64,000 nt of DNA, from assembly GCA_937965695.1 (NCBI GenBank), contig CALCKW010000059.1, positions 351-64,350 of the forward strand, written 5' to 3'. The first letter of the stretch is position 1, and each line of letters starts with the position of its first letter. Under the pieces are notes generated by a model. It was not told where the DNA came from. It did not search any database and was given only the letters and a program-made list of their open reading frames with translations. Shown here in pieces: positions 9,281-20,237 of the stretch. The position numbers and the translations under genes are program-made. This DNA is from an uncultured Granulosicoccaceae bacterium (GTDB taxonomy: Bacteria; Pseudomonadota; Gammaproteobacteria; CALCKW01).

Positions 9281-10294
9281 ATGTCAAAAATAAAATTATT
9301 ATTCATGATAACCGCTGTGATTGGGCTAATCAGTTGCAGCACAATCCAACCCTATCGCTCAGCAGATATCGTGGTACCTCAAGAGGCCGGTACCTGGTCG
9401 GGCTTATTGCGCTGTGACCGTTATAATCACTTCAACACCAGGCTCACCATCTGGGAGACCGCGCCAGACAAATTCACCGGTAAGATGCGTCTAGATCCGG
9501 TCAAAGGCGACAAAGTACTGAGTGAATATCCTATCAGTGGATCTCGGCATCAATACGGATCACTTATCCTTAGCCCTGACTTCAGCGATTACAAAAGACC
9601 GGAGTATGATCGGCAGAAACATATGATTGGCATTTCTGCGCGCATTGACCCGGAGTCGAGAAAAATAGTGGCGTCTATCCGTACAGGCTGCCATGCCACG
9701 TTGCGTCTTGACCCAGTGATGAGTGATGGACTTGTTGCTCTTGCGACAAAGTACGGAAAGTACACGGCCAAGGATCAGAAAAAACATGACACCGCCGCCA
9801 AGCGGAAAAACGCTTTGGCCGAATGTGCGGCACGATCAGGTCAAAGCACTGGGTCAATTGCTCGATACCGAGATCAAAACAATCCTTTGGCTGCACCAGC
9901 CTTTAAAGAGGGCTTGTTTGTCTATCAGCATAAATGCCTCGCTCCTGTTTTCGGTCGCGATGCATTGATTTACTCGAAAACTGCACCGGATGCCCAGGGG
10001 GATTTTATCGAAGTGCACTTTGGGCCATTGGATAAAGGCACGCGTGTCTCACGTCGAGAAGTATCTATTATGTCGCTCTCCCAAATGTGCCGAGTGTTCG
10101 ACTACAACGTGGTAGGTGGGCGCAAGATTTTTTGCGAGCCCTATGGTTGGCAATACACAAAATTCGTTAAAGAAAGGTGCCTGGGTTTCTCCGGGGCCGC
10201 TGCGGCACTTGGAGCTCTGCGCTGCCAACTCATGGTGATGGGGCAGGCAGTCAACGCCTTTGAGAGAGGCCCCAAACAGGTCTCCGATCGGTAG
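9281..10294 (+). CDS. Hypothetical Cys-rich lipoprotein
   Basis: The start is called at an ATG with a GGAG RBS, giving MSKIKLLFMITAVIGLISCS (a lipobox). The mature protein has multiple Cys. I recognise no family. Confidence 0.45.
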   Translation: MSKIKLLFMITAVIGLISCSTIQPYRSADIVVPQEAGTWSGLLRCDRYNHFNTRLTIWETAPDKFTGKMRLDPVKGDKVLSEYPISGSRHQYGSLILSPDFSDYKRPEYDRQKHMIGISARIDPESRKIVASIRTGCHATLRLDPVMSDGLVALATKYGKYTAKDQKKHDTAAKRKNALAECAARSGQSTGSIARYRDQNNPLAAPAFKEGLFVYQHKCLAPVFGRDALIYSKTAPDAQGDFIEVHFGPLDKGTRVSRREVSIMSLSQMCRVFDYNVVGGRKIFCEPYGWQYTKFVKERCLGFSGAAAALGALRCQLMVMGQAVNAFERGPKQVSDR

Positions 10295-10302
10295 GTTGTC
10301 AC

Positions 10303-10350
10303 GGGTCAAAAAAAATCCCGCCGTGTTCTAAAACACGGCGGGATTTTTTC
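10303..10350. terminator. Bidirectional rho-independent terminator (lipoprotein / ilvC convergent pair)
   Basis: The sequence is aaaaaaaATCCCGCCGTGTTctaaaacACGGCGGGATtttttc, a perfect 13-bp stem with flanking A and T runs. Confidence 0.6.
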
Positions 10351-10365
10351 GCGCAATTTTACAGA

Positions 10366-11844
10366 TCAGACGATTGCTTTCATCTCACCCATATAACCGC
10401 GAAGTTCTTCACCGATGATCTCAACGCTGTGATTGCGCAGCGAGCCATTGACGGCAATTAGCTGTGCATTGTCTACGCCGTTATCGGGTAAGTCTAAGCC
10501 GCCACCGATCACATCTTTCTTGATTTTAGGCATGAACTTCTCGGCCAGTAACGGGCGAGCCGCTTGGTCGAAGAGGTAGCAGCCGTACTCAGCCGTGTCG
10601 GAGATAACCACGTTCATCTCATACAATTTCTTGCGTGCGATGGTGTTGGCGATTAAGGGCGTTTCGTGCAGTGACTCGTAGTAGGCGGATTCTTCAACAA
10701 TGCCTGCTTCGACCATAGTCTCGTACGCTAGCTCAACACCGGCACGAATCATCGCGACCAGCAGAGTGCCTTTATCGAAGTACTCTTGTTCACTGATTTC
10801 GACAGAGGAGATCTCTTGCTTTTCGAAGTTGGTTTCGCCGGTTGCAGCGCGCCATTTCAGCAGGTTGACGTCGTCGTTGTTCCAGTCCGCCATCATGGTG
10901 TTGGAGAAGTGCCCTGACATGATGTCGTCCTGATGCTTTTGGAACAACGGGCGCATCAGGCCTTTCAGCTCTTCAGAGAGTTCAAAGGCTTTGATTTTGG
11001 CCGGATTGCTGAGGCGATCCATCATGTGGGTGATGCCGCCGTACTTCAGCGCTTCGGTGACAGTTTCCCAACCGTACTGCATGAACTTGGCAGCCCATGC
11101 TGGGTCGATGCCTTCTTCAACCATTTTATCAAAGCACAAGATCGCGCCAGTCTGTAGCATGCCGCAGAGAATGGTCTGCTCGCCCATCAGGTCTGATTTT
11201 ACTTCGGCAATTGGCGATGACTCGAGAACACCAGCACGGTGTCCGCCGGTCCCGCAAGCGAGTGCTTTGGCGATTTTCATGCCGTCGCCGTTCGGGTCGT
11301 TCTCGCGGTGAACCGCAATTAGAGTCGGGACACCAAAGCCACGAACGTACTCGTTACGGACTTCTGAGCCGGGACATTTGGGGCACATCATCACAACTGT
11401 AAGCTGAGGGCGAATCTGCATGCCTTCTTCAACTAAGTTGAAGCCGTGTGCGTAGTCCAGCGTTGCACCGTCTTTCATCAGGGGCTGTACCGCGTTGACA
11501 ACAGCGGTGTGCTGCTTGTCTGGCGTGAGGTTCATGACGATATCGGCCGTGGGCACGAGTGTTTCGTAAGTACCAACGGTGAAACCATTTTCGGTTGCGC
11601 TCTTCCAGCTTTGACGCTTTTCGTCAATGGCGGCTTGGCGCAGCGCGTAGCTGACGTCCAAACCTGAATCACGCAGGTTTAAACCTTGATTGAGGCCCTG
11701 TGCGCCACAACCAATGATGACGATTTTCTTACCGCGTATGTAGTCGACGCCTTCGGCGAATTCTTCCGGCTCCATAAAGCGGCATTTTGAGAGTTCTTCC
11801 AGCTGCACGCGCAGTGGGAGGGTGTTGAAGTAGTTCTGGCCCAT
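10366..11844 (-). CDS. ilvC: Ketol-acid reductoisomerase, class II (long form)
   Basis: From MGQNYFNTL…[32 protein letters not shown] onward it is near-collinear with E. coli IlvC. The true start is at the MGQNYF Met, giving 493 aa. The upstream extension in the ORF track is not coding. Confidence 0.95.
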   Translation of the reverse strand: MGQNYFNTLPLRVQLEELSKCRFMEPEEFAEGVDYIRGKKIVIIGCGAQGLNQGLNLRDSGLDVSYALRQAAIDEKRQSWKSATENGFTVGTYETLVPTADIVMNLTPDKQHTAVVNAVQPLMKDGATLDYAHGFNLVEEGMQIRPQLTVVMMCPKCPGSEVRNEYVRGFGVPTLIAVHRENDPNGDGMKIAKALACGTGGHRAGVLESSPIAEVKSDLMGEQTILCGMLQTGAILCFDKMVEEGIDPAWAAKFMQYGWETVTEALKYGGITHMMDRLSNPAKIKAFELSEELKGLMRPLFQKHQDDIMSGHFSNTMMADWNNDDVNLLKWRAATGETNFEKQEISSVEISEQEYFDKGTLLVAMIRAGVELAYETMVEAGIVEESAYYESLHETPLIANTIARKKLYEMNVVISDTAEYGCYLFDQAARPLLAEKFMPKIKKDVIGGGLDLPDNGVDNAQLIAVNGSLRNHSVEIIGEELRGYMGEMKAIV

Positions 11845-11978
11845 GAGAGAGACACCATATAAGGGAATTGACGCCGCAAGGTTATCGTATAAATGGTGTT
11901 GCGTAAAATGAGATATAGTGGATATTGTGTTGCGTTGAGCGCAACAGCGAAATGGGTGCCTGCTTAAGGGGAAAGACG

Positions 11979-12878
11979 ATGGATTTACGCAGTGCAGAAG
12001 TATTTGTTGCGCTGGCTGAGACACTGCATTTTGGTCAGGCGGCGACGCGATGTAATCTCAGCTCTTCCGCAGTCAGCCGTCAACTTGTGCGACTAGAAGA
12101 AGAGCTGGGTGCTCCGCTAATGGTGCGCGATAAACGCCATGTGGCAATAACACCTGCGGGACGCGAAGTATTGCAACTCGCAAGGCGTTGGTTGGCTGAA
12201 TGGACGCAGTTGAGCACCGAACTGGCCAGTGGCAAAGGTGACTTACGCGGTCAGTTGCGTGTCTATGCCTCTGTGACAGCAAGCTACACGGTTCTAGCAA
12301 AGGTGCTGCCACCACTGCGTAAGCACTATCCCGGCATCGAGTTGTTGCTACACACGGGAGATCAGGCTGATGGGGTGGAGCGCGTTCTGGCTGGTCAGGA
12401 AGATTGTGCCGTTGTTGCCGAGCCAGACAAGCTGCACCCCACTTTAAAATTTGCGCCACTCCGACGTTCACCTCTGGTTTTGATTGGTCCTGCAGACAAC
12501 GGGCAGTTAGATAGAGAAGTGCGTCGGCAGCAAAAGCTAGGCGTTGAACCGGATTGGTCTGCGACACCTCTGGTACTTGCAGAGCGCGGGTTGGCCCGTG
12601 AACGGTTACTGGCGCATTTTACGCACCGGCTGATCAGCCCCCATGTTTATGCCGAAGTGGGTGGCCACGAGGCTGTGGTCAGTATGGTGAGTTTGGGGTT
12701 TGGTGTCGCGGTGGTGCCGGAGATTGTCATTAGTGCAAGTCCGCAAAAAAAGTCCATCAAGGTGTTGCCTTGGTTGTCAGACCTTGACGACTTTGTGATT
12801 GGACTTTGCAGTAAACGGGAATTGCTGCAAGACCCGTTGATGAACGCATTCTGGCAGAGTGCCGTTGCTGAGGTCTGA
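11979..12878 (+). CDS. ilvY: LysR-family transcriptional activator of ilvC
   Basis: The [22 protein letters not shown]… HTH region is similar to IlvY. It is divergent from ilvC, the classic arrangement. The start is at the MDLRS Met, not the upstream ATG. Confidence 0.8.
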   Translation: MDLRSAEVFVALAETLHFGQAATRCNLSSSAVSRQLVRLEEELGAPLMVRDKRHVAITPAGREVLQLARRWLAEWTQLSTELASGKGDLRGQLRVYASVTASYTVLAKVLPPLRKHYPGIELLLHTGDQADGVERVLAGQEDCAVVAEPDKLHPTLKFAPLRRSPLVLIGPADNGQLDREVRRQQKLGVEPDWSATPLVLAERGLARERLLAHFTHRLISPHVYAEVGGHEAVVSMVSLGFGVAVVPEIVISASPQKKSIKVLPWLSDLDDFVIGLCSKRELLQDPLMNAFWQSAVAEV

Positions 12879-12890
12879 CGGTAATTCGCG

Positions 12891-14039
12891 CTATTTACAT
12901 ATTCCATCTGGCTTGGCTAGTTGGTTCGAAAACAATGGACTTTCTAGCAAGCGGTCAACGCTAAACCTATAACCTCTCTCTTGGCTATGAGTTTTAGAAT
13001 ACTGACAGAAATTTAAATCCTTCCACAACTGAGGGTCCATTAATTTTTGAGCGGTACCCAGTGAATTCTTATCTATCCAGTTGAAGTAAGTGTGTTCATT
13101 CACAAATTTATTGGAGATACCGTTAATATGGTCGTAAATGACAACCAGCGCCCAAGCGCCATCAAAACTGTGACCACCCGCTGAACCGGCAATACTGTTG
13201 TCAGCGATATTCGAATAAATCTCTGGTAACCAATCGACACCTGCGATGTAAACATCCTCACCGGGAACCATATTGTTTAGCCTTGCTGCCTGAACTGCGC
13301 CTAAAGACAGTAGGTCCGCCGCTGTCCAAATAACTGATATGTCTTTAAAACGATTGAGCAATAAACCTGTTTTGTTGAGGGCGTCTTTTGACGACCATTC
13401 GGTGTATACGACCTGATGCAGCAGTACATCAGATTGTTCTGAAACGTATTGACGCAGACCTTTCTCGCGTTGTGTGCTGGCCGGAGACCGCAGGGAACCG
13501 TTTACACCAATCAACTGAATTTTGTTTTGCTCATCGAATGTACCTGAGGCACGAGCGGCTTCAACCAATTTTTGTGCGGTCAGTCGTCCTGCTTGTACAT
13601 CATCGGACAATACTTGACCAATCCAGTTATTGAGTGGTTGAAAACCGTAACGGAAGTTGCTGATAGAGCGATGAGAAAGGCCTGTGTTGAACAACAGGGT
13701 ATGGATGCCAAGATTGTCCGCTTTGCGCATTAATTCTTCTGTGACCCCCCTCAGGTGTGTCAAAACCAAATAGTCTGGGAGTTCTTTTCGATCCAGCACC
13801 GCACTTGCTTGGTTAGAAATAATCACTAAATCATTTCCGTAGACCACCTCTAGATCTAAGTCTAAGTCGACAGCCGCTGCCTTCATGATGGCAGCTGTTT
13901 TTGAAAAGAATGGACTGTCTTGGCTTGATGGGGCGATAAAAACTACTTTATTCGCCTTGTTTGTGGGGGAAGCAGAAAGTTCATTGCTAATAACCAAACA
14001 TGCAAGACAGAGCAGTATTGTTTTCATTGATTTGAGCAA
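12891..14039 (-). CDS. Periplasmic binding protein (PBP type-1, sugar-binding-like) with signal peptide, divergent from a sensor kinase
   Basis: A signal peptide (MLKSMKTILLCLACLVISNELSA) precedes a PBP1-like profile (VVFIAPSS… ). No ABC permease or ATPase is adjacent. It sits beside HK 14517..15941. Confidence 0.5.
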   Translation of the reverse strand: MLKSMKTILLCLACLVISNELSASPTNKANKVVFIAPSSQDSPFFSKTAAIMKAAAVDLDLDLEVVYGNDLVIISNQASAVLDRKELPDYLVLTHLRGVTEELMRKADNLGIHTLLFNTGLSHRSISNFRYGFQPLNNWIGQVLSDDVQAGRLTAQKLVEAARASGTFDEQNKIQLIGVNGSLRSPASTQREKGLRQYVSEQSDVLLHQVVYTEWSSKDALNKTGLLLNRFKDISVIWTAADLLSLGAVQAARLNNMVPGEDVYIAGVDWLPEIYSNIADNSIAGSAGGHSFDGAWALVVIYDHINGISNKFVNEHTYFNWIDKNSLGTAQKLMDPQLWKDLNFCQYSKTHSQERGYRFSVDRLLESPLFSNQLAKPDGICK

Positions 14040-14516
14040 AGTACTGTTCTTCCGAATAGTAGTGATTTATTTAGTGCAGAATAGTATGCCTAAAGCCACT
14101 AAGAAACCGCAACATATCATGATCATTGCAAGTCGAAATACAATAAATTAGTGCCTTTAAAAATTCGATTGTTCACTTTTGGTACACAATGGTGTTTTTT
14201 GAATGGCGCCAGCTGAGAATAACTGCTGGCATATTTTTGGAAAGTTGCACAGTTTTTCAGTTAGAGCTCTAGTTGTTTTTCTGCCGGTGTATTAGACTAC
14301 GGCAGTCTGTGTTTTTATTGCAACTACGGAATTTTACCTCAATTGCTGTTTATTGTTTTAGCAGTAATCAATACTGCTTTTGGCTTTGTGCTAATTCAGA
14401 ATTGAACTTCTAGCGAATCTTGTGGCTTTTGCTCTTGACGGTATAAAAAGGCGGTTTTTTTTATTAAATATAACCCCTCCATTGAGTTTCTAAAGTCTAC
14501 CTTAGGTCGCCGACTT

Positions 14517-15941
14517 GTGGTGGTTATGGTTAGTTGCAGTTCATTGCTAGCGCTGATTGTGACAGGCTTTGAGTTGAGCTCTTCTTATCGCCAAGGCGTC
14601 TCTCATATCGAGGCCATGCATGAAGAGATAACGCTAGTACATGGCGATTTGTTGGTGCATCAGATTTGGGCGTTGGATGAACGCTCTGCTCGTGCCTCTA
14701 TTGATGGTTTAGTGAGACTCAGGGTTGTAGATCGAGTCGAATTAAATTGGGAAGGCCATCAGCAACTGTCTGCGGGTTTAGCGATCGAAGATGCTGATAT
14801 CAAAACTGTATTGCCGTTGTACAAACTGCACGATGGCGAGAACTATTCATTGGGCGAGCTACATTTATTTTCTAATCTGGATCAGCTTCGATTTGAAATC
14901 ATGTCTTTGCTTGGCGCTAGACTTTTTTTTAATTTTCTCAAAACGTTGGTGGTTTGCGCGGTCGTTTTGTATTTTTTTCATCGTATAGCCACGGTCCATC
15001 TGCACAAAATATCCACCCATGCCGATTCACTTGCCTTAGGAGCTAGTTATAAGCCACTCGCTTTGAACCGCAGTGAAAAAACCTCTCATGATGAGCTCCA
15101 AACTTTAGTTGACGCGATCAATGGCATGGGTTGCCGATTGCAGCAAGAATATCTGCGCAGTGAAGATAATCAAAGTGACCTTGAACGCTTGGTGAGTGAA
15201 CGAACTCGACACCTGGAAAACGCCAACCAAAGATTGGTCGAGAAAAGCCGACTGGCAACGATCGGCTCCCTGGTTGCGATGGTGGCACACGAACTGCGCA
15301 ATCCGTTGGGGACCATCAAAGCGTCAGTGAGTTTATTGTCTGCTCGCTGCTCTGATGAAGTCGAACGCTCGGTCATTTACCGTATCGACCGAAATATTGA
15401 TCGCTGTGACTCAACGGTTGAGCAGTTGCGGCGCATGAGCAATAAGAGCGTTCAATACTGGGAAGTCGTTGATCTCCAGGCATGGTTGACGAACTACGTA
15501 GAAAGCAAACTGCGGTGTCGTGAGGGTTTTGATTTGCACTGTGACTTCACAGCCGGTTTACTGGTGTTTGTTGATGAGTTTCAGCTAGACATGATTGTGC
15601 GTAACCTTCTAGAAAATGCAAAACACGCGATAGTAGGCCGGGCAGAAGGGCCCAAAGGTCTTATATCGCTGCACTTGTACAGCGAACAAGGCCTAGCCGT
15701 ACTGAAAGTGACCGATAATGGCGTAGGCCTAAGTAGCGCAGTGCTTGAAAAGGCCTTTGATCCGCTGTTCTCGACCAAGCAATACGGCTTTGGTATGGGG
15801 CTAACACTTTCCCGAAACTTGATCGAGTTTCTAGGTGGTGATATTACGTTGTCATCGCGTGAAGGTATTCAAGGTACCATCGCCACATTGCGGCTGCCAC
15901 TGCATCAAGTCGATCAGCAGAGTACGCCCACTGATGGTTAG
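14517..15941 (+). CDS. Sensor histidine kinase (2 TM, periplasmic loop, HisKA + HATPase_c)
   Basis: An H-box (MVAHELRNPLGTIKAS) and N/G1/G2 ATP-lid motifs (NLLENAKHA, VTDNGVGL, GFGMGL) are present. Two hydrophobic segments bracket a loop of about 110 aa. No REC domain is present. Confidence 0.8.
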   Translation: MVVMVSCSSLLALIVTGFELSSSYRQGVSHIEAMHEEITLVHGDLLVHQIWALDERSARASIDGLVRLRVVDRVELNWEGHQQLSAGLAIEDADIKTVLPLYKLHDGENYSLGELHLFSNLDQLRFEIMSLLGARLFFNFLKTLVVCAVVLYFFHRIATVHLHKISTHADSLALGASYKPLALNRSEKTSHDELQTLVDAINGMGCRLQQEYLRSEDNQSDLERLVSERTRHLENANQRLVEKSRLATIGSLVAMVAHELRNPLGTIKASVSLLSARCSDEVERSVIYRIDRNIDRCDSTVEQLRRMSNKSVQYWEVVDLQAWLTNYVESKLRCREGFDLHCDFTAGLLVFVDEFQLDMIVRNLLENAKHAIVGRAEGPKGLISLHLYSEQGLAVLKVTDNGVGLSSAVLEKAFDPLFSTKQYGFGMGLTLSRNLIEFLGGDITLSSREGIQGTIATLRLPLHQVDQQSTPTDG

Positions 15942-16082
15942 TTATCGGTGCTAAGCGCTGGTTTGCGTCACGTTTACTTGAGGAATGACACCGGCATCGT
16001 GTAATACGTTGGGATTAACCCAACGAAGTAGCCGTGGTATTGTGTAAGAAATTCACACGCTTATCGCGGGATCGTTTTCATT

Positions 16083-17090
16083 ATGCACAATCGTCAGATA
16101 GGGCCCTTAACTGTCTCAGCCATCGGCCTGGGCTGCATGAATATGTCGATGGGATACGGACCTGCCGTTGAAAAAACGTCCAGGCGCCTGCTGCTTGAAT
16201 CCCTCGACATTGGATACCGTTTTTTAGACACCGCGACCATGTACGGCGGTGGTCACAATGAATCCTTGATTGGCAGTACGCTGAAAGACCGCCGCAGCGA
16301 ATATGTTTTGGCCAGCAAATGTTGCTTGGGCAAAGACGCAGACGGTAAACCGACGATAGACGGGCGCCCGGAAACACTGTTACGCCAATGTGAAGAAAGC
16401 CTTCAACGTCTGCAAACCGATGTCATCGACCTTTATTATTTGCATCGTTTAGACCCCAATGTGCCCATCGAAGAGAGTGTTGGTGCGCTGGGCGAGATGG
16501 TTAAGGCCGGGAAAGTGAGGGCAATAGGTCTGTCAGAAGTCGCCAGTGATACCTTGCGGCGAGCTCATGCGGAGCATCCAATCGCAGCGATGCAATCTGA
16601 GTACTCATTGTGGTCTCGCACACCCGAGCGGGGGATGTTGGCCACCTGTGAAGAACTGGGTGTGACCTTTGTGCCGTTTTCGCCTTTGGCACGAGGTTTT
16701 TTACCCGGCTCTGCACAAGACGTGACTCAACTCGGAGAAGAAGACATACGCGCCACTATCGCGCGTCCAAGGTTTGAGCCTGAAAATTTTCAAAAGAACG
16801 CGCAGTTGCTCACGCCTTTTAATGCCATCGCCGAACGCGAAGGCTGCACGCCTGCTCAGTTGTCATTAGCGTGGTTGTTGGCACAGAAGGACAGCCAGGG
16901 GAATAAAACGCTGGTACCCATTCCCGGCACAAAACATATCGAGTGGATGCAAGACAACAGCGGTGCAAGTGAATTGGTACTGGCTGATGAGGTGGTGGCT
17001 GAATTAGATCTTTTGATCAACGAAACAACGGTTTCTGGAAATCGTTACTCTGACGGAGTAATGGCGAAGACGGACTCTGAAAGGGACTGA
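16083..17090 (+). CDS. Aldo/keto reductase (Tas/YajO-like)
   Basis: The sequence GLGCMNMS…YGGGHNE…LDTATMYG… has the typical AKR architecture. The ORF is 335 aa. Confidence 0.85.
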   Translation: MHNRQIGPLTVSAIGLGCMNMSMGYGPAVEKTSRRLLLESLDIGYRFLDTATMYGGGHNESLIGSTLKDRRSEYVLASKCCLGKDADGKPTIDGRPETLLRQCEESLQRLQTDVIDLYYLHRLDPNVPIEESVGALGEMVKAGKVRAIGLSEVASDTLRRAHAEHPIAAMQSEYSLWSRTPERGMLATCEELGVTFVPFSPLARGFLPGSAQDVTQLGEEDIRATIARPRFEPENFQKNAQLLTPFNAIAEREGCTPAQLSLAWLLAQKDSQGNKTLVPIPGTKHIEWMQDNSGASELVLADEVVAELDLLINETTVSGNRYSDGVMAKTDSERD

Positions 17091-17189
17091 CACTTCAGCT
17101 CTGGTGTGCAAATCGATATTGACTGTGCACGCCTGTTTTTATTCAAGCTAACACTTTGACTTTTATAAAGGATTGTAGTCATCGCTGAT

Positions 17190-18576
17190 TTGCAAGTAGG
17201 GCGTATGAAGCCTTCTCGGTTAGGTAGCCGGTTGGTGGTAGTCATGATCATTTGTAGCTCAGCATTAGCACTGCTGATCACGTTGGTTGACGTGTTCATG
17301 TCCTACCGTGATGGCATCAGTCGTGTGCAGCACATTCATCGCCAGCTGGCACTTTTTCATAGTGATGTATTGGTGGAGCAAATTCGCACATCTAACGACG
17401 ATGGTACTGCTGCATCTCTAAGAGGTCTCGTCAAGCTAGACGCGATCGATCCCCCTGATAAGCAGTGAAGATGGAAATGACCGTGTGTTGGGCGAGCTAA
17501 AATTATATACAGCTCTGGACAGCCTTCGTCAGTACTTTGTTCCACAACTACTCTATAAGCTTTTACTAAACTTTATAAAAACATTTATTGTGGCCGGTGT
17601 TGCTCTTTATTTGGTCCATAAGATGGCAACCGCTCACCTTCTACGTATTGCCCGTCATGCACAGTCCATTCAGCCAGATAAGGAATACAAGCCGCTTGCT
17701 TTAAATCGCAAGTCGCCGGTACTAGATGACGAATTGTCTCTGCTCATCAGTGCCATTAATACGATGGGGGAGCGTCAGCAAGTTGCGCTATTGTCCTCCG
17801 AACAGCAAAACAAAGCGCTGGAAAAACTGGTCGACGAGCGCACTGAACATTTGGCGTTGGCCAATCAAAAGTTACTAGACGAAAGCCAGCTGGCGACTAT
17901 TGGCTCATTGGTCGCTATGGTCGCGCATGAGTTACGAAACCCGCTCGGCACAATAAAAGCGACGGCAGCATTATTACATGCTCATAGTGACAAAGAATTT
18001 GAACGCAATGCACTGAAACGCATCGATCGAAATGTGGAGCGCTGCGACAGCACCGTTGAGCAGCTGCGGCGCGCCGGTAGCAGATCAACGCATCACTGGT
18101 TGCATTTGGATTTCGGCGCATGGGTTGAATGCTACGTGGAAACGCAATTAGAACTTGAGCCGTCAACGATACTCGAGGATGATTTGCCATCCGGGATTGA
18201 CATTTTCGTCGACCAATTTCAACTTGACCTGGTGGTGAGAAATCTTTTCGAAAATGCCCAACAAGCCTTAAAAGAACTGCCTGAAGCGGCGCAAAAACGC
18301 ATTTCGGTCAAACTGTCAAAAGGCGACAAAGATGCAACACTGACAATCACTGATACAGGTGTTGGTTTGAGCGCTGAAGTGCTCGGCAGTGCATTTAACC
18401 CTCTTTTTACCACTAAACAATATGGGTTTGGGATGGGCTTATCTCTCTCTAGATACTTGATTCGCTCTTTGGGTGGTTCGCTAGATATCTATTCGGCCGG
18501 TAAGATGCAAGGTGCGACAGTAGAGCTGGTTCTACCTCTGGCGCATCAGGTTTCTCCGCAAAACGAAGCGCTATAG
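17190..18576 (+). pseudogene. Disrupted paralog of the 14517..15941 sensor kinase (frameshift plus ~30-aa deletion between the two ORF pieces)
   Basis: ORF 17190..17468 (frame 0) aligns to the HK1 N-terminal TM/periplasmic part. ORF 17485..18576 (frame +1) aligns to the HK1 TM2 through catalytic core, including MVAHELRNPLGTIKA. A stop plus frame change separates them at 17466–17485. Confidence 0.5.
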
Positions 18577-18660
18577 ATATAGTCGCCAATGTCGGTTTTT
18601 AGTTAGTCAACCTGAGCTGAGCTATGCTAGTTTAAAATCACACTCACCACGGAGAAATGT

Positions 18661-18951
18661 ATGAGCGCTTTTGTGATTGTCGATACCAATATCAAAAATC
18701 TTGAAGCCTATGAAGAGTATAAAAAACTCGCTAAACCCATAGCCGAAAAATTTGGCGGTGTCTATCGTGTGCGCGGTGGTGACATGAAGGTATTGGAGAG
18801 TGACCTATGGTCTCCAACGCGAATTGTCGTTGTTGAGTTTCCCGACATGGCCAGTGCAGAGGCTTTTGCGAACTCTGACGAATACGCGCCTGTGCAAAAA
18901 ATTCGCCATGAAAATGCCGACTGCACGTTGGTAATTGTTGACGGCGCATAG
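18661..18951 (+). CDS. DUF1330-domain protein
   Basis: The 96-aa ORF has a pattern (…VVVEFPDMASAEAFANSDEYAPVQKIRHENA…) consistent with DUF1330. Confidence 0.55.
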   Translation: MSAFVIVDTNIKNLEAYEEYKKLAKPIAEKFGGVYRVRGGDMKVLESDLWSPTRIVVVEFPDMASAEAFANSDEYAPVQKIRHENADCTLVIVDGA

Positions 18952-18990
18952 TCTGATAGTTACTTTCACTTAATTTATCTCGGACAAAAT

Positions 18991-20169
18991 ATGGTTCATA
19001 CGCTTAAAGCAGATTATTTGCAGTCGGAGATGACCGCTTGGCGTCATGCTTTTCATCAACACCCAGAGTTGGGATTTGAAGAAAAGCTCACGGCCAATAA
19101 AGTGTCAGAGTTGTTGCAGAGTTTTGGGGTGGAAGTGCATTCCGGTTTGGGTGGTACGGGGGTCGTTGGAATTTTGAAGCGCGGCAGTTCAAACCGCAGC
19201 ATTGGTATTAGGGCCGATATGGATGCTTTACCTATTCAAGAGACCAATACCTTTAGTTACGCTTCAAAAGTTGCCAGTACCATGCATGCCTGTGGCCATG
19301 ATGGCCACACCAGTATGTTACTCGGTGCCGCCAAAGTGCTTGCCGAACAGGGAGAATTTGACGGCACTGCCGTCTTTATTTTTCAGCCCAACGAGGAGAA
19401 TGGATTGGGAGCCCCAGCAATGCTTAGAGACGGGCTATTTGATCGTTTTGACGCCAATGAAGTATTTGGCATGCACAATATTCCTGGCATGCCAGTGGGG
19501 TCATTTGCTACCCGTGCTGGGCCAATAACTGCCAGCGAAAGTCTGTTTGAAATTGTTATCAATGCAAAGGGTGGTCATGCGGCTTTGCCTCACATGGGTG
19601 TTGATGCAATTACAGTCGGTGCAGAAATAATCAGTTCCCTCCAGACTATTGTCTCGCGCAAATTGGACCCTAGCCTCAACGGGGTTGTGTCAGTCACTGA
19701 ATTCAGCACTGACGGTAAGCGCAATGTGTTACCGGGTCGTGCTGTTTTGTCGGGCGATGCCAGAGCACTAACACCGGAGATAAACCAACAGATTGAAGCC
19801 ATGATGCGGCAAATCGTCGATGGCATTTGCATGGCACACGGTGTCAATGCAGAGGTCAGTTATGACACTATTTTCCCCGCGGTCATCAACGATCCAGAGG
19901 CGAGTAAAGCCGCTGTAGCAGCGGCATCTGCGATTGTGGATTCGAGCGTGGTTGATGGGGACTGTGTGCCTAAGCTGTTCTCAGAAGATTTTGCCCACTT
20001 TGCTAAAGCACGTTCAGGCTGCTTTGTTTTGATGGGTAACGGATTGCAGGGCTCACACGCGCGTCCACTGCACTCGGCAGACTATGACTTCAACGATGAG
20101 GGGTTGCGTTTTGGGGCTTCGCTGTGGGTGCAGTTGGTTGAGAGCCGGCTGGCGTTAAAAACGAAATAG
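18991..20169 (+). CDS. M20D-family amidohydrolase (hippurate hydrolase / N-acyl-L-amino-acid amidohydrolase-like)
   Basis: It has the HACGHDGH metal-binding motif and an M20 peptidase fold pattern. At 392 aa it has the typical size for the family. Confidence 0.8.
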   Translation: MVHTLKADYLQSEMTAWRHAFHQHPELGFEEKLTANKVSELLQSFGVEVHSGLGGTGVVGILKRGSSNRSIGIRADMDALPIQETNTFSYASKVASTMHACGHDGHTSMLLGAAKVLAEQGEFDGTAVFIFQPNEENGLGAPAMLRDGLFDRFDANEVFGMHNIPGMPVGSFATRAGPITASESLFEIVINAKGGHAALPHMGVDAITVGAEIISSLQTIVSRKLDPSLNGVVSVTEFSTDGKRNVLPGRAVLSGDARALTPEINQQIEAMMRQIVDGICMAHGVNAEVSYDTIFPAVINDPEASKAAVAAASAIVDSSVVDGDCVPKLFSEDFAHFAKARSGCFVLMGNGLQGSHARPLHSADYDFNDEGLRFGASLWVQLVESRLALKTK

Positions 20170-20237
20170 ATTGATGTGTTGTGTACGGCATAAAACAGCC
20201 TCTGCTTGAGCGCAGTGGCTGTTTGAGTATCTAAGTA

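Noticed and set aside
10700-11879. Multiple 70–106-aa ORFs antisense or out of frame within ilvC (10700..10933, 10933..11157, 10991..11311, 11097..11402, 11446..11667, 11679..11879)
   Set aside because: They lie entirely inside the highly conserved ilvC coding region. They have no RBS or coherent protein features, and are six-frame noise.
11845-11978. Upstream extensions of ilvC (to 12024) and ilvY (from 11925) that would make the two genes overlap head-to-head
   Set aside because: Homology to E. coli IlvC and IlvY starts at internal Mets (MGQNYF at 11844; MDLRS at 11979). The region between them is the divergent ilvY–ilvC operator and promoter.
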